Shown here piece by piece: positions 10,001-17,096 of a stretch of DNA of 64,000 nt. Each line of letters opens with the position of its first letter. Position 1 is the stretch's first letter. Both the position numbers and the translations under genes were made by a program. Below the pieces are notes generated by a model. It was not told where the DNA came from, ran no database searches, and worked only from the letters and a program-made list of their open reading frames with translations. Source of the DNA: an uncultured Pseudomonadales bacterium (GTDB taxonomy: Bacteria; Patescibacteriota; Microgenomatia; UBA1400; PJMF01); contig CAZYNM010000006.1 of the NCBI GenBank assembly GCA_964648715.1, positions 15,355-79,354 of the forward strand. Reading direction: 5' to 3'.

Positions 10001-11608
10001 TGTACCAGCTTTTGAAAGGGTGAAATCATCAAGTTTGACGGTTTTACCTTGCTTGACCAATACACCATAGTCTCGTGATTCATTGGCTCCAGTAACGGTT
10101 CCTGATAGTTTCCACCAGCCAGAACCTATATTGGTGTATGTAGTAGAAACAACAGCCCCATTATAATACAACTGAGCAATAGAAGTGCTGACGGTACCGC
10201 CTTCGTTACCTGCTGTTGTGTCATACACAAAAACGGAAAAATCGAGCGAGTCGGCTGCGCCGACATTTATAGATTGTGTTACCTTAGCATCAGCTAAGCT
10301 ACCTACAGCTATGGTATTACCACCACCGTTTCTGCCAGATGAAGATGAGTAAGATTGAGAGATAGCTACGGAATCACTGGCGCACCTAAAACCGAAGTAA
10401 CTGCTCCGAGTTGCAGGTGTATAATTCAAAAAGAGTGAGAATGCTCCTGTATTTGAGGTATTACCCCAATCGCCACCGCGCAGGAAACCGTATAAAGTAG
10501 AAGCAGCAGAGCCGCTATTATGATAAATACGTCCCACACCATGGGTTGCATTATAGGTATTATTAGCAGGTCGGACTAAGTCATAAGAAAGGCTTCCATA
10601 GCTCGTTAAAGCTGTAAATTCCCGCCAGTTAAAACCACTCTGGCCACTCACATCAGGCTGATTAGCTTCCGTGATGGTGTCGCTGTTCCATTCCCAGACG
10701 TTTCCTGCTATATCCCAGATATATGCACCATTTGAGAGTGCTAGTACTCTTTTTTGATTACCAACACTTCCAGACGTATTGTTACTTGTATTTGTTGGAC
10801 AACCAGAAGGCGCCTCGGTACTGCCTCCTGAGTCGGTATAGGCACAAGCGTTGTTTCCTGTATCAGTAGAAGATGCCTGTAATGATTGTGCCGGTGAATT
10901 ATCGTTATGACCAGCAAACAAATAACCGCTTCCCACACTACCCCCTGTCCAGTTGCCTGTTTGTGCTTCTGCATTGCGTGCAATGGTCATCCATTCGGCA
11001 TTGGTGATAAGATGGTAGCCGCTACCAAGTGCAGAACAAGCCTCTATTGCATCAAAATCTGTATTGTTTTGTGAAATTCGCACCCATGGTCTTCCAGAAG
11101 GAATTGATCGTGCTTGATATCTAGTCTGTGAATTCGCGCCTGCCCAGCCATCGGCTGAGCCAGCACCTCCATCAGCCACTACACTATTGGTATTGGTATC
11201 CCATGCTTTTGCCTCGTACTTCATAACCAAGAAATTGGAAGTGCTGTAGGTGGCATTACCAGGAACCTCCACCCATCCTGTGGCAGGCACCGAAGAAACT
11301 GACCAGGAAGAATTGTCTGAGCTAAAAGATGGATTGGTAATTTTATTTGCTCCTGTGATTGGCCTTGCTCCAGAATTATCTACCGCAACAAGGGTATTGT
11401 CATAGGTATAACTACCAGCATTGGCAGTATTAAATGTCCAGGTTTTGGTAGTATCGTTGGCTGCAAAAATACTGGGTAAGTGAACAGTGGTAAGGTAGGT
11501 AGCACCTGCAAAACCGAAGATCATGAAAAGAATCGCAGCCAGATTAAACTGGAAACGCGAGTAATGATAGCGCTTTTCAAAAAAATATCTATATATGGTT
11601 TTATACAT
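7016..11608 (-). CDS. DGR target: 1530-aa surface protein with FGE-sulfatase/CLec variable domain and FN3/Ig-like repeats
   Basis: N-terminal hydrophobic anchor/signal; CLec motifs FLVMKYEAK, YHLITNAEW, WDIAGNVWEW, FLRGGDW, GFRC; FN3-like repeats (LTPGTTYYYR, LEDGTKYFYKI, LTPSKVYHLRV); contains the VR. Confidence 0.9.
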   Translation of the reverse strand: MYKTIYRYFFEKRYHYSRFQFNLAAILFMIFGFAGATYLTTVHLPSIFAANDTTKTWTFNTANAGSYTYDNTLVAVDNSGARPITGANKITNPSFSSDNSSWSVSSVPATGWVEVPGNATYSTSNFLVMKYEAKAWDTNTNSVVADGGAGSADGWAGANSQTRYQARSIPSGRPWVRISQNNTDFDAIEACSALGSGYHLITNAEWMTIARNAEAQTGNWTGGSVGSGYLFAGHNDNSPAQSLQASSTDTGNNACAYTDSGGSTEAPSGCPTNTSNNTSGSVGNQKRVLALSNGAYIWDIAGNVWEWNSDTITEANQPDVSGQSGFNWREFTALTSYGSLSYDLVRPANNTYNATHGVGRIYHNSGSAASTLYGFLRGGDWGNTSNTGAFSLFLNYTPATRSSYFGFRCASDSVAISQSYSSSSGRNGGGNTIAVGSLADAKVTQSINVGAADSLDFSVFVYDTTAGNEGGTVSTSIAQLYYNGAVVSTTYTNIGSGWWKLSGTVTGANESRDYGVLVKQGKTVKLDDFTLSKAGTYSVYTTSAYSNSQVNSWDSFTANVTASGNASVKYQICTDDGATCQSGNAWKYWDGSAWATASNTTTHVNTAAELTPTAMQALPVVSQKISVKAIMAFGGTDLPAITSIAIGLTTDTTAPTTNASNVIMKKTVGGASMSSNGWTNGSAPYFSWDAGADNVGGSGISGYCLYLGSDESGNPATAKGLLGTSPVSTTGTTCQFIVSTNSIDFATLSYRGSPWLTSSNDAYYLNVKAIDGAGNVYAGSSASFHFRFDNTAPANPAFLSVPSDYIATESTTFLWPSSGSDGPSDSHSGVAGLQYRIGTSGTWYGDSHTGTQDVADLLTNDGSYATQETPDYAAIAEGTNLVYLRTWDAAGNVSNTYVSNALKINTTAPSAPRNLVVTPENGTTNAYAFSWDDPSAFTGQAGNIRFCYTINTVPTLANCTYTAAGANTLAEDAFATQPGTNTLYLVAKDEAGNINYDTYTSVTFAYTGSAPGIPRNVDVADISIKATSNWKLAISWDAPESIGAGISSYKVLRSTSNASCSGSPSSFTQIGSTAGTSYSDTSLSEQNYYYCVKACDSANNCSAVSSTVSGLPTGKYFEAAGLSSGPTATDITTKKSKITWVTDRNSDSKIAYGTKSGSYFDEEPSNSAQTKDHTINLTNLTPGTTYYYRAKWTDEDGNTGQSEEKTFKTSPSPTVQDVAAKNIGLSNAIIQLTSKGASKVKIYYGKTTGFGGVKEIATSTSETTYTMELTGLEDGTKYFYKINAFDSENSEYEGTILDFTTYPRPKISNVRVQEVRGTAQPTVLVTWQSNTEISSIITYYPQGETSAARDEVNIALVKGEHKLLVKGLRSETDYLMIVKGRDAIGNEASSDSQKFTTATDTRPPQISNLKIEGTTVPPVSGAGQEARAQLIVSWDTDEPASSQIEFGEGTGENYPQKTQEDTNLTLNHLVIISDLTPSKVYHLRVLSKDKAGNSGKSIDTVTIAPKSTESALDLVVGNLSDIFGFLDILK
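10377..10488 (-). repeat. DGR variable repeat (VR), internal to target gene
   Basis: 112-nt ungapped match to 13692-13803 with 14 mismatches, every one at a TR adenine on the coding strand. Confidence 0.97.
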
Positions 11609-11709
11609 GACAGGTTTTCATAAATCCAATACACCAGCCCATTGGCTAGTCTACATATCCATAATACAGGAATCGTTCCTTACATTTCAACTGATAAAGT
11701 ATGTCAAAT

Positions 11710-11738
11710 TTCGTATTCTAGAATTCGTATTCTAGAAT
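11710..11738. repeat. 14-bp tandem duplication (TTCGTATTCTAGAA x2) containing two ATTCTAGAAT palindromes
   Basis: Read directly; palindromes at 11715-11724 and 11729-11738, between the divergent target gene and TA operon. Confidence 0.8.
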
Positions 11739-11757
11739 GGAGTTTTATATTACATTT

Positions 11758-11766
11758 TGTTATACT
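11758..11766 (+). promoter_or_regulatory. Extended -10 promoter of the TA operon
   Basis: TG-T-TATACT, 9 nt before ATG 11776. Confidence 0.5.
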
Positions 11767-11775
11767 AAACTTATT

Positions 11776-12069
11776 ATGAACATCAAAAGTATCCAAAATT
11801 TAGCTCTCCCCATACTAAGAAAATACAATGTAACTAAAGCAGCACTCTTTGGTTCTGCTGTCCGTGGAGAAATGAATGATCATAGTGACATTGACTTGTT
11901 AGTTGAATTGCCAACAGATGTTCATGGATTTGAGTATGTGGACTTAAAAGTTGGCTTACAAGAAGATTTAGAATCAACATTTGGGAAAAATGTGGATCTA
12001 GTCGAGTATAAACTTATTAAAGAATCACTTAAAAGCTATATTTTACCTGAACAGGTTAGAATTTTATAA
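11776..12069 (+). CDS. MNT (minimal nucleotidyltransferase) antitoxin, MntA-like
   Basis: FGSAVRGEMNDHSDIDLLV (GSx10DxD), KNVDLV; ATG 11776 preferred over 11737. Confidence 0.9.
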   Translation: MNIKSIQNLALPILRKYNVTKAALFGSAVRGEMNDHSDIDLLVELPTDVHGFEYVDLKVGLQEDLESTFGKNVDLVEYKLIKESLKSYILPEQVRIL

Positions 12070-12417
12070 ATGGAAAAGAACCCTTTAATTTATTTAGATG
12101 ATATATTATTCTCTATTACCTTAATAGAAGGATATATCACTGATGTGGCACAAGAAGAATTCCTTGGCAGCTACGATATTCAAGATAAGGTCTTGAGAAG
12201 ACTAGAGATAATTGCAGAAGCGGCTAAGAAGCTTCCCATAGAAATAAGAAGCAATAATCCTCAAGTTCCATGGAAAAGTATAATCGGATTACGAAATATC
12301 ATAGCTCATACCTATGATGAAGTAAATTTAGAAGAGGTTTGGAGTATAGTAACATTGCACCTACCTAGAACTAAGATCGAGCTAGAAAAAATTAAGTCAG
12401 ATACATCAAAAAGGTAG
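12070..12417 (+). CDS. HEPN RNase toxin, DUF86/HepT-like
   Basis: YLDDIL, RRLEIIAEA, PWKSIIGLRNIIAHTY (Rx4H); directly follows the MNT gene. Confidence 0.9.
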   Translation: MEKNPLIYLDDILFSITLIEGYITDVAQEEFLGSYDIQDKVLRRLEIIAEAAKKLPIEIRSNNPQVPWKSIIGLRNIIAHTYDEVNLEEVWSIVTLHLPRTKIELEKIKSDTSKR

Positions 12418-13533
12418 TCTTAACTGCTCACATTTGATATCTTTTCTACGGATATTATCCAGCATTCGTTCACGCTTTTGCGAAAACAAAAAGCTTTGCA
12501 AATGATAAGCGTTGGCATGCTGAATGTGCCCCACGAATGAGTTGCAGGTCAACTGTAGTTTTTCTTTGGTAAACCTATCTTCACGTACCATGCGCTTTCT
12601 TTTTTCCATCCGCTTCTGAAATCTACGAAGCGTCTTACCTCGTATAAGGATATGATCATAAAAAATTCGATATCCCACAAATGGGACACCAAAGGATACA
12701 TTTTGAATAAAAACTTTTTCAGGGTGCAGTGTGAGCTTTAGGTTGTCTTCTAAAAATTGACCGAGGGTGTTTCTTACTTTAATCAAATGCTCTTTGTCAG
12801 GATGAATAATCAGAAAATCATCCATGTATCTTGCGTACCACTTTTCTTTGAGAGTATGTTTTACATACTGATCAAGCTCATTTAAATAGACATTGGCAAA
12901 AAGTTGGCTCGTGAGATTACCTATTGGAATGCCCTTTCTCTCTTGCAGATTTACGACGTGCTCAGGTAAATTTTTGAGTTGCCCATTGTTTTTATACACT
13001 TTGTGATTAGTGACTATGGTTGTAATAAGTTTTAAAATTTCTGGGTCAGTAATTTTCTCTTGTAAAATTGTAATGAGTACATCCCAAGAGATACTTTGAA
13101 AATACTTTCTAATATCACACTTTAAATAGTAGATTGGAGTTTGAGCACCATTTTTGCAACGAGCTGCCATCAAAAATTTTTTGACCCGTTGCAAACCAAA
13201 ATGAGTGCCTTTCCCCTTACGACACGCATACGAGTCATAAATGAAGTCTTTATCAAGTCTCGGTTCAATCAAGTTAACAAGTGAGCGGTGAACAATCCTA
13301 TCTCTAAAATTAGGAGCAGCTATATGCCTCTTCTTGGGATCAGTTACAACAAAATACATATATGGCTTTGGTATATATTTTCCTGACCGGAGAAGATATT
13401 GAAGGAGGCATATATGATCTTCCAAGTTAAAATCATAGGAAAGGGCAACTGGCTTAGAACGCTTACCTAAACGCACTTTGTTGTACGCCTTAAATAAAGA
13501 AGCTAAATTTGAAAACTGTATAAAATCTTTCAT
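12406..13533 (-). CDS. DGR reverse transcriptase (ATG 13533; ORF track uses TTG 13563)
   Basis: FRDRIVHR, YACRKGKGTH, KCDIRKYFQSI, GIPIGNLTSQLFANVYL, YARYMDDF, FVGY; no maturase or endonuclease domain; adjacent TR and avd. Confidence 0.95.
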   Translation of the reverse strand: MKDFIQFSNLASLFKAYNKVRLGKRSKPVALSYDFNLEDHICLLQYLLRSGKYIPKPYMYFVVTDPKKRHIAAPNFRDRIVHRSLVNLIEPRLDKDFIYDSYACRKGKGTHFGLQRVKKFLMAARCKNGAQTPIYYLKCDIRKYFQSISWDVLITILQEKITDPEILKLITTIVTNHKVYKNNGQLKNLPEHVVNLQERKGIPIGNLTSQLFANVYLNELDQYVKHTLKEKWYARYMDDFLIIHPDKEHLIKVRNTLGQFLEDNLKLTLHPEKVFIQNVSFGVPFVGYRIFYDHILIRGKTLRRFQKRMEKRKRMVREDRFTKEKLQLTCNSFVGHIQHANAYHLQSFLFSQKRERMLDNIRRKDIKCEQLRLPF

Positions 13534-13545
13534 AAACCTATTTAC

Positions 13546-13691
13546 CCTGCCTTGATTACTCAAGGCAGGAATACAGGTGTTTTGTTTGCCCGTCTGAAAA
13601 AAATAAAACGGGCAGGAAATGAATATTGTGATCTATGAATCCGGAATGCATGTCCGTAAACATGCACTGCTCATTCTGGCGTCATTGATCG
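13546..13691 (-). ncRNA. DGR spacer (Sp) RNA with three hairpins between TR and RT
   Basis: Stems at 13647-13666 (7 bp, loop UUACGG), 13587-13614 (TGCCCGT/ACGGGCA) and 13546-13569 (10 bp, GUAA loop). Confidence 0.6.
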
Positions 13692-13803
13692 CTGGCGCAC
13701 CTAAAACCGATGTTATTGTTCCGATTTGTAGGTGTATTATTCAAATTGAGTGTGAATGCTCCTGTATTTGATGTATTATTCCAATTGCCACCGCGCAGGA
13801 AAC
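13692..13803 (-). repeat. DGR template repeat (TR)
   Basis: In the VR frame it reads FLRGGNWNNTSNTGAFTLNLNNTPTNRNNNIGFRCA; 11 AAY codons (9 AAT, 2 AAC); lies between avd and RT. Confidence 0.97.
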
Positions 13804-13846
13804 AGACAACCGTTCTATTCACTCCCCATATACACAGGCTATCATA

Positions 13847-14188
13847 TTACATAGCCTTCATCCAAGCTGTAAGCATTCGGCCGATTTCATTTACCTTTTC
13901 CGCAGCAAATGTGTATTGCTTGATGCTCATCAGTTTTACATCCTTAGTCAACCGTATAAGAATTCGCAAGGTATCAAGATCACGAGAAACTTTTAGTTGT
14001 AATTGTCTTCTAATTTGTAGATCTCGCTCTGTGTTTGCATGAATAATACCGATTAAAACCTGTAATGCTGTGGAGTGGATATGATGACCTAAAATTGGTC
14101 GATGATTGCGTGGGAGTCTGTTTAAGAGATGATAAAGCCAGACCACTAAATCATATGTCTTTTGAAAAATAAGTAGTTTTTCCTCCAT
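13847..14188 (-). CDS. avd: Accessory variability determinant (Avd, four-helix bundle)
   Basis: 113 aa basic helical protein; IFQKTYDL, LPRNHR..LG, LRILIRL, EIGRMLTAW; immediately upstream of the TR. Confidence 0.9.
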   Translation of the reverse strand: MEEKLLIFQKTYDLVVWLYHLLNRLPRNHRPILGHHIHSTALQVLIGIIHANTERDLQIRRQLQLKVSRDLDTLRILIRLTKDVKLMSIKQYTFAAEKVNEIGRMLTAWMKAM

Positions 14189-14282
14189 GAAGTTAAAAAA
14201 TATAAATATTCATTAATGACATCCTTACAATTCTCTTACATATCTTACTTGCTTTTCAAGCTTGAATGTTACTGCAATTTTT

Positions 14283-14410
14283 AGGCGGATAAACCCGCCT
14301 CTAATGCAAGGGTCAAGATGAACTCTCTCGATTACATCGAGATCGCCCTTGCATTATTCACCACCCCTTTTTAAATTCCCAGGTATGGGAAGCAGGCGAG
14401 CTGCTTCCCA
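14283..14410 (+). promoter_or_regulatory. Cluster of stem-loops upstream of ardC (candidate ssDNA promoter/ssi)
   Basis: AGGCGG/CCGCCT 14283-14300; TAATGCAAGGG/CCCTTGCATTA 14302-14356 with inner TCTCGAT/ATCGAGA; TGGGAAGCAG/CTGCTTCCCA 14386-14410. Confidence 0.5.
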
Positions 14411-14450
14411 ACCAAAAAATTATTAATTTACAGCAGCTTGTCAAAATACT

Positions 14451-15233
14451 ATGAAGTTATCAGACAACGCACGAGCAAGTCTTGATCGAGTGATTGAAAG
14501 GTTCAAAAGCGGAGACCTTTCACCCATTACAAATATAGCTAGATTTGAGATCCCTGAGGATGCGCCATGTTTTAAATGGTCATTTTCAAATAAAGTACTG
14601 GCATATATCCAATCTGGTGAGCTTGATTGTAGAGGTTTTAATCAGTGGCAAGATGCAGGCCGAAAGGTCAAGAAAGGTAGTAAAGCCGTCTTTATCTTAA
14701 GACCGCGCACAATGAAGTTTGAAAAAGAAGGAGAAGAGCCACAAGTCATCTGTGTGGGTTTTGCACCAATACCAGTATTTGCAGCATCAGGTACAGAAGG
14801 TGAAGGCACTCTGGCAGTGTACCAGCCTAGAGAACTGCCCCCACTGTATGACGTTGCCCAGAGGTTAGGGGTAGAAGTGCGATATATGCCAGTATCCCCC
14901 GATAAGCTAGGAAGCTGTAAGCCAGACGGCACGCGTATTACTATCGGTACAGAAGCCCCAGAAGTGTTTTTTCATGAGCTAGCGCACGCCATACACGCCA
15001 AAATTGAAGGCACGTTAAAATCTGGTCAAGATACTACACAAGAAACCATAGCCGAGTTTACATCTTCCGTGCTAATGGATTTATACGGACTCAAGGACAC
15101 CAGCGGCAACACTTGGCAATATATCAAGATGTACGCAAGTGACCCACTTGAGGCAATAACCAAAGCAATGGCAACAGTCGAAAAAGTATTACAAGTTTTA
15201 CTTGCCCAAGAGAATACAGAGGCTACAGTATAA
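14451..15233 (+). CDS. ardC: ArdC-like ssDNA-binding antirestriction protein with zincin HExxH domain
   Basis: WSFSNKVL, RGFNQWQDAGRKVKKGSKA, FFHELAHA, QETIAE. Confidence 0.75.
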   Translation: MKLSDNARASLDRVIERFKSGDLSPITNIARFEIPEDAPCFKWSFSNKVLAYIQSGELDCRGFNQWQDAGRKVKKGSKAVFILRPRTMKFEKEGEEPQVICVGFAPIPVFAASGTEGEGTLAVYQPRELPPLYDVAQRLGVEVRYMPVSPDKLGSCKPDGTRITIGTEAPEVFFHELAHAIHAKIEGTLKSGQDTTQETIAEFTSSVLMDLYGLKDTSGNTWQYIKMYASDPLEAITKAMATVEKVLQVLLAQENTEATV

Positions 15234-15253
15234 TAGTTACAGGAGATAAAAAT

Positions 15254-15412
15254 ATGTTAAATCCACGAATCACACACCCATTTGAAAATAAAATTCTTGA
15301 GCTGATTGATAATCAGGAAGACTACACCAGAAGTGACTTACAAGGAATAGTAACCGTACTTGTTAATGAGATTATGGAAAAGGGGCACGAAGTATTAAAA
15401 GACAAAGAATAG
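15254..15412 (+). CDS. 52-aa hypothetical protein
   Basis: Below the ORF-track cutoff; AGGAG SD at 15241; MLNPRITHPFENKILELIDNQEDYTRSDLQGIVTVLVNEIMEKGHEVLKDKE. Confidence 0.6.
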   Translation: MLNPRITHPFENKILELIDNQEDYTRSDLQGIVTVLVNEIMEKGHEVLKDKE

Positions 15413-15420
15413 AGGTTTTT

Positions 15421-16173
15421 TTATTTTTTTGCCAAGTACCCTGCATCTACAATTAAATTGTGCCCTGTTACCATTTTGGATTGGTTCGAGCTTAAAAATA
15501 TAACAGCATTCGCTATATCGTCGGGTTCGACAATAGACTCAAGCAATGTGCCATTAATATTTTCTTCAAGTTCTTCTTGTGGTGCTGTAGCCCAGTATCC
15601 AGCTCTAACTGCACCAGGTGATACTGAATTTGCTCGCCCCCAAGGAGCCATTAATTTGGCATAAGCCTGAGTTGAATTTATTATTGCTGCTTTTGATGCA
15701 GCATAAGTTAACGCATCATGTTGTCCACTTAGTCCATGCCTAGATGCAATATTAACAATTACACCAGTGTTCCTTGACTGCATATGCGAAATGGCATACT
15801 TGCATACAGACATAGCAGAGATCAAATTTTGTTGCAGGCTTTTCATCCACAGATCCACTTCACCATCCCACACATCTCCATCCATGTACCTGCCAGCGTT
15901 GTTAACTACAATATCAATGTGTTCAAACTCTGAGGTAGTGAAATCAATGAGCCTTTTTGCTTCTTCATCCTTGGTTAAATCTACTTGAAATACTTTAATA
16001 TCTGACCCTGCTTGCCCCAGCTCAGTAACTACAGATTGAGCACCTTCCTGATTTGTTTTATATGAAAAACAAACCTTTGCGCCTTCATGGGCAAAAGCAG
16101 CAACAGTTGCTTTACCGATACCACTTGAGCCACCTGTTACAAGTACAACTTTATCTTTTAATCCTGTTTGCAT
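15421..16173 (-). CDS. SDR-family oxidoreductase
   Basis: TGGSSGIG, NNAG, YAASK, VDAG. Confidence 0.92.
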   Translation of the reverse strand: MQTGLKDKVVLVTGGSSGIGKATVAAFAHEGAKVCFSYKTNQEGAQSVVTELGQAGSDIKVFQVDLTKDEEAKRLIDFTTSEFEHIDIVVNNAGRYMDGDVWDGEVDLWMKSLQQNLISAMSVCKYAISHMQSRNTGVIVNIASRHGLSGQHDALTYAASKAAIINSTQAYAKLMAPWGRANSVSPGAVRAGYWATAPQEELEENINGTLLESIVEPDDIANAVIFLSSNQSKMVTGHNLIVDAGYLAKK

Positions 16174-16194
16174 ATGTCCATTCTATCAAAAATA

Positions 16195-17088
16195 TTACTT
16201 CGCGGTTATTAGAGTTAAACCAAGTACACCTATAAATGCCAATACTATCCCAACATATTTTCGTACTGATATTTTTTCTTTTAAAATTATACGAGAAAGA
16301 ATAACAGTGAGTGCTCCATTTGTTCCTGTTATTGGTGAAGCAATTGTTGCTGGGGCAAATGAGAAGCTCAACCATAAGAAACCTGTACCCATAATATTGA
16401 ATAGACCTCCAAGTAAAGCATGTCTGTAGTCTTTGAAATTTTTTACAACACCCTTTAATGCTTTTCCTATAGACTCTCTTTCAATTTTTAGATAGGTAAT
16501 GGCTACTGGTATTTGAATTATCCCGAGAGAGAATAGAAAACTAAAATCACCAGATCTATTTATATATCCTTTTGATACTGCGTCAGATAGACCAATTGCA
16601 ACAGCTGCAATAAAAGGCCAAAGGATTCCTTTAGTAACTTTCAACTCCTCGCTAGATATTTTGTCTGGAAGGCTAGCAATAATGCTACCTAAGATAGCAA
16701 AAGCTATAAACGAAAGACTTGTAGTGGTGACAATCTCACCATTAAATAGTAGAGAAAAAATAATGGTATATACAGGATATGTTGCTAGTACCGTAGTTGT
16801 TACAGCTAGCTCACCGTGAGAAAGTGCATAGAAGACTATTGCTTCAGATAAAATTGCAGAAATAAGAGCAAATAGCATTGCTTCTGACCAGCTTACTGTT
16901 TGAGAAATTCCCATAAAAAAAGCTAAGGGCAGCCAAATAACCAAGCCAAATAGCGCATCAAACAAAAATGCAACTGAAGGTTGCATATCTTTGTAACTTT
17001 TGCGTAATGAAAGTTGTGAGAAAGCAATCAGAACGCTACACAATATTGCAAAAATTATTCCCAACATAGATATATTATATTTGAACAA
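16195..17088 (-). CDS. DMT/EamA-family transporter (start may be ATG 17067)
   Basis: About 10 TM helices in two repeats; ILKEKIS motif. Confidence 0.85.
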   Translation of the reverse strand: MFKYNISMLGIIFAILCSVLIAFSQLSLRKSYKDMQPSVAFLFDALFGLVIWLPLAFFMGISQTVSWSEAMLFALISAILSEAIVFYALSHGELAVTTTVLATYPVYTIIFSLLFNGEIVTTTSLSFIAFAILGSIIASLPDKISSEELKVTKGILWPFIAAVAIGLSDAVSKGYINRSGDFSFLFSLGIIQIPVAITYLKIERESIGKALKGVVKNFKDYRHALLGGLFNIMGTGFLWLSFSFAPATIASPITGTNGALTVILSRIILKEKISVRKYVGIVLAFIGVLGLTLITAK

Positions 17089-17096
17089 GGTATAAA

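Noticed and set aside
10283-10298. CTTAGC-ATCA-GCTAAG hairpin as the DGR target-recognition stem-loop
   Set aside because: Only 6 bp and about 80 nt from the VR end; could easily be chance.
12406-13563. RT as group II intron, retron or Abi RT
   Set aside because: No maturase/endonuclease domain or msr-msd seen; it has the GNLTSQ motif, an adjacent avd and an adenine-specific TR/VR pair, which fit a DGR.
13710-14042. 110-aa + strand ORF over the TR and avd
   Set aside because: Antisense shadow of avd and TR with no recognisable motifs.
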